Below, in pieces: positions 46,812-50,999 of a stretch of DNA of 50,999 nt. The position numbers were made by a program, and so were the translations under genes. Numbering within the stretch: the first letter of the stretch is position 1; the number at the start of each line of letters is the position of its first letter. Source of the DNA: Eubacteriales bacterium (GTDB taxonomy: Bacteria > Bacillota > Clostridia > Oscillospirales > UBA644); the NCBI GenBank assembly GCA_045629205.1, contig JAZQQT010000187.1, forward strand, positions 1 through 50,999, given 5' to 3'. Below the pieces are notes generated by a model that worked only from the letters and a program-made list of their open reading frames with translations, searched no databases and had not been told where the DNA came from.

Positions 46812-48878
46812 TTATTTGGAGAAGCTGTTGATGATTTCGTTGAATACGTCTGTTCTGTCGAATTTATCAACGTTGCCGTCGATCCAGTATGTATACTGAA
46901 CTCTCGAATGAAGCTGTGCGTAATAATCTGCATGTTTGTATTCATAATCGAAGAGTCTGTCGAAACCTACTTCAGGCGCATCGTGACGAGCGTAAACATC
47001 TTCCCATATCTGACCCAATTCTTTAGCAAGAGTAAGATCATATTTTGCTGCGCCGCGCGCATTGTCGTTTCTTGCGATGGGAAGAATATTGTCGGGATCG
47101 GAAAGAATCGTGAAGCTCTTTGCAGCAGCTGCGGTAAATTTGTCTATATAACTCTGGATCTTATCGGCGTTGTCACCGTAAAGATCTTTAAGAACTGTCT
47201 TATAAAGTGCGTCGTAATCTTCTTTTGCCATTGTAGGATTCTGAAGCATTGCTCTAATAAGAGGCAGACGGAGCCAAGCAAATTCAAGAAGAGCGGCGTT
47301 GCTTTCCCATGTCATATAAACATTATCAATACCAATTTCGGCATAGAACGCAATATTCGGATAGATAATACCGAAGTTCGGGAAAGTGGAAGGATAATCA
47401 TAATATGCCATTGTCATATCAAGAACTGTTACGTTGGATGCTGCTGCAACCCAAGCTTTGAGGTCGTCTGCAAACGCTTTATTGAATGCGCATGACTCAT
47501 CGTTAATGGCTTTTGCACAGTCAACTTCGGGTTCAATAACATAAACCTTTACGTTATCGCTCATTTTTTCAACAGTGGGTTTTCTTGTCTCTTTGTATGC
47601 TGTTACGCCGATTGTTATGCCTTCAGCCGCAAATTTTTCGGCAACTGCGTTAACGGTATTGAAGAATGCTTCGGTTCCGCCTTTGCATTTATCGCAATCA
47701 CAATATTTAGCTGTATTGTTAACAAGAAGAACTTCTTCTCCTTTGAACGGAGCAGGCTGGCTGTTTTTGATTGCGTCATAAAGTTTATCTGCTATTGTGC
47801 TGTCGGAGAAGCAGACTGTTTCGCCGTAACTGATTCCGAGATAATCGGAAATGTTATGTCTGATGTAATCAGAAGAGAAAACTCCGTCAACTTTATAGGA
47901 ATCGAACATATATCCGGCTTTACCGGTAATATTTAAGGAAGCAGGGATATCGAGAACATATTCGCCTGTGTAATATCCGTTTTTGCAGAAAAGAGCGTCT
48001 TCACAGAAACGGTTAACGGCATATTTAACGGCGCTGACGTCGCTGCCTGCTATAACAATATTGCCATCCTGACATGTAACTGAAAATTCACCGTCTGCAA
48101 CGCCGCCGATTTTTAAAGTAATCGTTTTTGCTGTTTCGGCAACTTCTCCGGATTTAACAACGGCAATATCTTCGCCGCCGACTGCGAAAAGATTTCTTCT
48201 GAGATTGAGAAGAGCATCTTCCGTTCCTTCGTCATAGACGATGGAGTAATCGGTGATTTTGTTTCCGGCAATAGTAAGATCGACTATACCGTTAATATCA
48301 AGATATTCGCTGTAAATATAACCGCGATTTATATTAACAGATAAATTGGAAGTTTTTGTTTCAGATTCGGTATACGGAATAGAAATACCAATATATTTTG
48401 TAAGAAAATACCAAAATGATTCATAAGTAGCATCCAAAGTAACACCAAGGAGGAATATTCTGCGAACTTGAGCGCCGCTTTCATCGGTTCCCTCGAAAAA
48501 TCTTACTGCATATCCGGAATCTCCGAGCAACTCTGCATCAAGCTGATAATATCCACCTTGTGCAACACGGGCCAATACATTTGAGCCTTTGTAAGATTGA
48601 GTGTTACCGATATAGATTTCATAATTTTCTAAACCAGCCTCTGCAGTTTTTTCCTCAAAACCCGCGTCTGTAATCATTTCCAAATAGTATGCAAGAACAT
48701 TGGAAGCACCATACACATCGCCATCAAATGCCTTTGCACTTCTGCAGATTGAGTAAAGTGCCGTTCCGTCTTTAACAATATCCCAAGTTATTGTATCATC
48801 TGCTGAAGCAGTCATACAACCTGTAATCAATGCCAAAGACATAGCGGCCATTAATAAAAGGGCGATAACTTTTTTCAT
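46812..48878 (-). CDS. large hypothetical lipoprotein (possibly glycan-related, DUF4838-like; family uncertain)
   Basis: ATG at 48878 after AAAGGA. Signal MKKVIALLLMAAMSLALITGC. Internal CDCDKCKG motif. No firm family call. Confidence 0.6.
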   Translation of the reverse strand: MKKVIALLLMAAMSLALITGCMTASADDTITWDIVKDGTALYSICRSAKAFDGDVYGASNVLAYYLEMITDAGFEEKTAEAGLENYEIYIGNTQSYKGSNVLARVAQGGYYQLDAELLGDSGYAVRFFEGTDESGAQVRRIFLLGVTLDATYESFWYFLTKYIGISIPYTESETKTSNLSVNINRGYIYSEYLDINGIVDLTIAGNKITDYSIVYDEGTEDALLNLRRNLFAVGGEDIAVVKSGEVAETAKTITLKIGGVADGEFSVTCQDGNIVIAGSDVSAVKYAVNRFCEDALFCKNGYYTGEYVLDIPASLNITGKAGYMFDSYKVDGVFSSDYIRHNISDYLGISYGETVCFSDSTIADKLYDAIKNSQPAPFKGEEVLLVNNTAKYCDCDKCKGGTEAFFNTVNAVAEKFAAEGITIGVTAYKETRKPTVEKMSDNVKVYVIEPEVDCAKAINDESCAFNKAFADDLKAWVAAASNVTVLDMTMAYYDYPSTFPNFGIIYPNIAFYAEIGIDNVYMTWESNAALLEFAWLRLPLIRAMLQNPTMAKEDYDALYKTVLKDLYGDNADKIQSYIDKFTAAAAKSFTILSDPDNILPIARNDNARGAAKYDLTLAKELGQIWEDVYARHDAPEVGFDRLFDYEYKHADYYAQLHSRVQYTYWIDGNVDKFDRTDVFNEIINSFSK

Positions 48879-48944
48879 ATAATTATATCCTTTCAAATTC
48901 AGCGAATGTATCTTTTTATGGATACAATACACTATTTTGGTCTC

Positions 48945-48973
48945 AGTATAGCAAATATAAATTGATTTGTCAA
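48945..48973 (-). promoter_or_regulatory. sigma-A-type promoter of the lipoprotein gene
   Basis: Minus strand reads TTGACA - 17 nt - TATACT. Confidence 0.5.
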
Positions 48974-49133
48974 CGGCTTAAAGAAAAAAAATTCATTTTC
49001 TTTTCAATGTTTACTTCACCACCCAATAACAAGTCCGCGTCAGCGCATTTCGATTTGTTCATGTTTGCCGAATTCAAAAAAACCGATTCCCGAATCTTTT
49101 GCTATGAAAATGCCGAAATTTCGATTTGCATTG

Positions 49134-49162
49134 TTGACAACGGCTTCATATAGATATATAAT
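49134..49162 (+). promoter_or_regulatory. sigma-A-type promoter of the radical SAM gene
   Basis: TTGACA - 17 nt - TATAAT, about 35 nt upstream of the ATG. Confidence 0.6.
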
Positions 49163-49196
49163 GATAAAAGAGAAGTTTGTTATTTAAGAGGGCACA

Positions 49197-50999
49197 ATGA
49201 GGGAAACAGACAAAAAACTCGAAAAAATACTGCCGAAAGTTCAGAAGCCGGCATCATATAACGGCGGTGAATTCGGCAGCGTTTACAAAGATAAGTATTC
49301 AATAAATGTAAGAGTAGCTTTCTGCTTTCCGGACCTATATGATATCGGAATGTCAAATCTCGGTATGAAGATTCTTTATCATACCCTTAATTCGGCTGAT
49401 AATGTTTGGTGCGAAAGATGCTTTATGCCGAATATCGATATGATCGATCAGATGAAATCCGGCGGAATTCCGTTGTATGCGCTCGAAAGTAAAGACGCCC
49501 TTAAAGATTTTGATTTTATTGCTTTTTCTTTATCATATGAACTTGCTTATACCAATGTTCTGGCAATGCTCGAACTGGCAGGTCTCCCGTTAAAAGCCGA
49601 TGACCGCAGAAAAAAACGCGAAAACGGAGAAAAAATACCGATAGTAATTGCCGGCGGAATGTGCATGTGCAATCCCGGTCCGATGGAAGATTTTGTCGAT
49701 GTTTTCTCAATCGGAGAAGGGGAAGAAAATCTGCCGAAATTAATGAATCTTTATTCCGAATCTTCAAAACGATACGGCAGAATGACGCCCGAAACGGCAA
49801 ACGCATTTTTTGATGCCGCAGCCGAAGAACCCGGAACATATATTCCCTGCAGAAAACAAAATCTTCCGGTCAGGATGTCAAAAATCGAAGACTTTGAAAA
49901 CTCGCCTTTCCCAGATAAATTCGTAGTTCCTTTCACCGAGATCGTTCATGACCGCGCGATGATCGAAATAATGCGCGGATGCGTAAGAGGATGCCGTTTT
50001 TGTCAGGCGGGATTTTTATACAGACCGTTCAGGCAACGTTCACCCGAAAAGCTTACGTCACAGGCCGAGATACTATGCAAAAATACCGGATATGATGAGA
50101 TTTCCCTGACATCTCTTTCATCCGGTGATTATGAAAGAATCAATGAGCTCTGCGACGATCTGCTGAAGTTCTGTATTCCGAAATCAATAAATCTTGCGCT
50201 TCCTTCGCTCAGAATCGATAATTTTTCGGATGAACTGCTGAAAAAAGTTCAGTCTGTCCGTAAAAGCAGCCTTACCTTCGCGCCGGAAGCCGGAACTCAG
50301 AGACTGAGAGACGTTATAAACAAGAATGTTACGGAACAGGATATAATCAATACGTGTTCCATCGCCTTCAAAGGCGGAACGACATCCGTCAAACTGTATT
50401 TTATGATCGGTCTTCCGACAGAAACCGACAATGATATTATAGGCATTGCCGATACGGCTCAGAAAATCGTTGACCTGTATACCGAAATAACCGGGAGACC
50501 CGGCGGAAAAGGACTGAATATCACCATCAGTCTCGCTTCGTTCGTTCCGAAGCCGTTTACTCCATTCCAATGGGAGCCGCAGATAACACTCGAAGAAATC
50601 AGAAGAAAACAGCAGCTGCTGCTTTCTTCGATAAAATCAAAGCGAATAACACTTAACTATCACGAAGGCAAAACATCAGTCCTCGAAGGCGCTTTCGCAA
50701 GAGGTGACAGACGGATCGGAAAGGTTATCCTGCGCGCTTACGAACTCGGACAACGACTCGACGCGTGGAACGAACATTTCAGATTTGACGTCTGGCAGCA
50801 GGCTTTCGCCGACTGCGGTCTTTCGATGGAAGAATACGCATGCCGGCGCATCGGGTTTGATGACAAGCTCCCGTGGGACGTGACCGATATGGGAGTAACA
50901 AAAAAATTTCTTGTATCCGAATGTAAAAAAGCATACGAAGGGCAGACTACACCGCCTTGCAGCCAAAAGTGTTCGGGATGCGGCGTAACATCGATTTGC
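49197..50999 (+). CDS. B12-binding-domain radical SAM protein (TIGR03960-like), 3'-truncated by the window edge
   Basis: Not in the ORF track because no stop is reached. Hand translation from ATG 49197 (after AAGAGGG) stays open for 601 codons. Contains IEIMRGCVRGCRFCQAGF (CxxxCxxC), an N-terminal B12-like region, and LPSLRIDNFS. Confidence 0.85.
   Translation, partial: MRETDKKLEKILPKVQKPASYNGGEFGSVYKDKYSINVRVAFCFPDLYDIGMSNLGMKILYHTLNSADNVWCERCFMPNIDMIDQMKSGGIPLYALESKDALKDFDFIAFSLSYELAYTNVLAMLELAGLPLKADDRRKKRENGEKIPIVIAGGMCMCNPGPMEDFVDVFSIGEGEENLPKLMNLYSESSKRYGRMTPETANAFFDAAAEEPGTYIPCRKQNLPVRMSKIEDFENSPFPDKFVVPFTEIVHDRAMIEIMRGCVRGCRFCQAGFLYRPFRQRSPEKLTSQAEILCKNTGYDEISLTSLSSGDYERINELCDDLLKFCIPKSINLALPSLRIDNFSDELLKKVQSVRKSSLTFAPEAGTQRLRDVINKNVTEQDIINTCSIAFKGGTTSVKLYFMIGLPTETDNDIIGIADTAQKIVDLYTEITGRPGGKGLNITISLASFVPKPFTPFQWEPQITLEEIRRKQQLLLSSIKSKRITLNYHEGKTSVLEGAFARGDRRIGKVILRAYELGQRLDAWNEHFRFDVWQQAFADCGLSMEEYACRRIGFDDKLPWDVTDMGVTKKFLVSECKKAYEGQTTPPCSQKCSGCGVTSIC

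Noticed and set aside
1-50999. CRISPR arrays, rRNA or tRNA genes, integrases or recombinases, retron/DGR reverse transcriptases, and known defence-system genes.
   Set aside because: No spaced direct repeats, no rRNA- or tRNA-like segments, and no ORFs with the corresponding motifs were seen on either strand.

Overview
Chromosomal window from a Firmicute of the class Clostridia, probably Oscillospiraceae/Ruminococcus-like. That placement is inferred from a dockerin-bearing secreted protein, the gene order and the r-protein sequences. Layout: (1) pgk-tpiA on the + strand (261-2291). (2) A visibly A/T-richer accessory block (~2.3-12.1 kb). It holds a lipoprotein, a membrane-tethered MerR regulator with an orphan PstS-like binding protein, a PadR module, and a large secreted multidomain protein. 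That protein ends in a His/Cys 'NC-motif' domain and is coupled to an 8-TM protein. A decayed second copy of its 5' end abuts an IS5-type transposase remnant. (3) A GH2 glycosidase split by a single in-frame TAG (12152-14554). (4) A CNNM/CorC transporter behind a long leader containing a strong intrinsic terminator. (5) A ~9 kb minus-strand operon (16.1-25.3 kb): dockerin + phage-tail-lysozyme protein, DUF362/ferredoxin, two tandem beta-helix paralogues, and a phosphodiesterase-LamG protein. (6) The complete S10-spc-alpha ribosomal supercluster on the minus strand (rpsJ to rplQ, 25.4-40.9 kb), with an atypically long structured rpsJ-rplC spacer. (7) A 950-aa cytoplasmic beta-helix protein, feoA-feoB plus a Cys-rich peptide, a lipoprotein, and the 5' part of a TIGR03960-type radical SAM gene. 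I could recognise no rRNA, tRNA, CRISPR array, integrase or known defence system. The most unusual candidates are the secreted effector-like/8-TM pair, the structured rpsJ-rplC spacer RNA, the MerR-TM-zinc-ribbon regulator, the CNNM leader and the amber-split GH2. All functional calls rest on motif recognition by eye; no searches were run.
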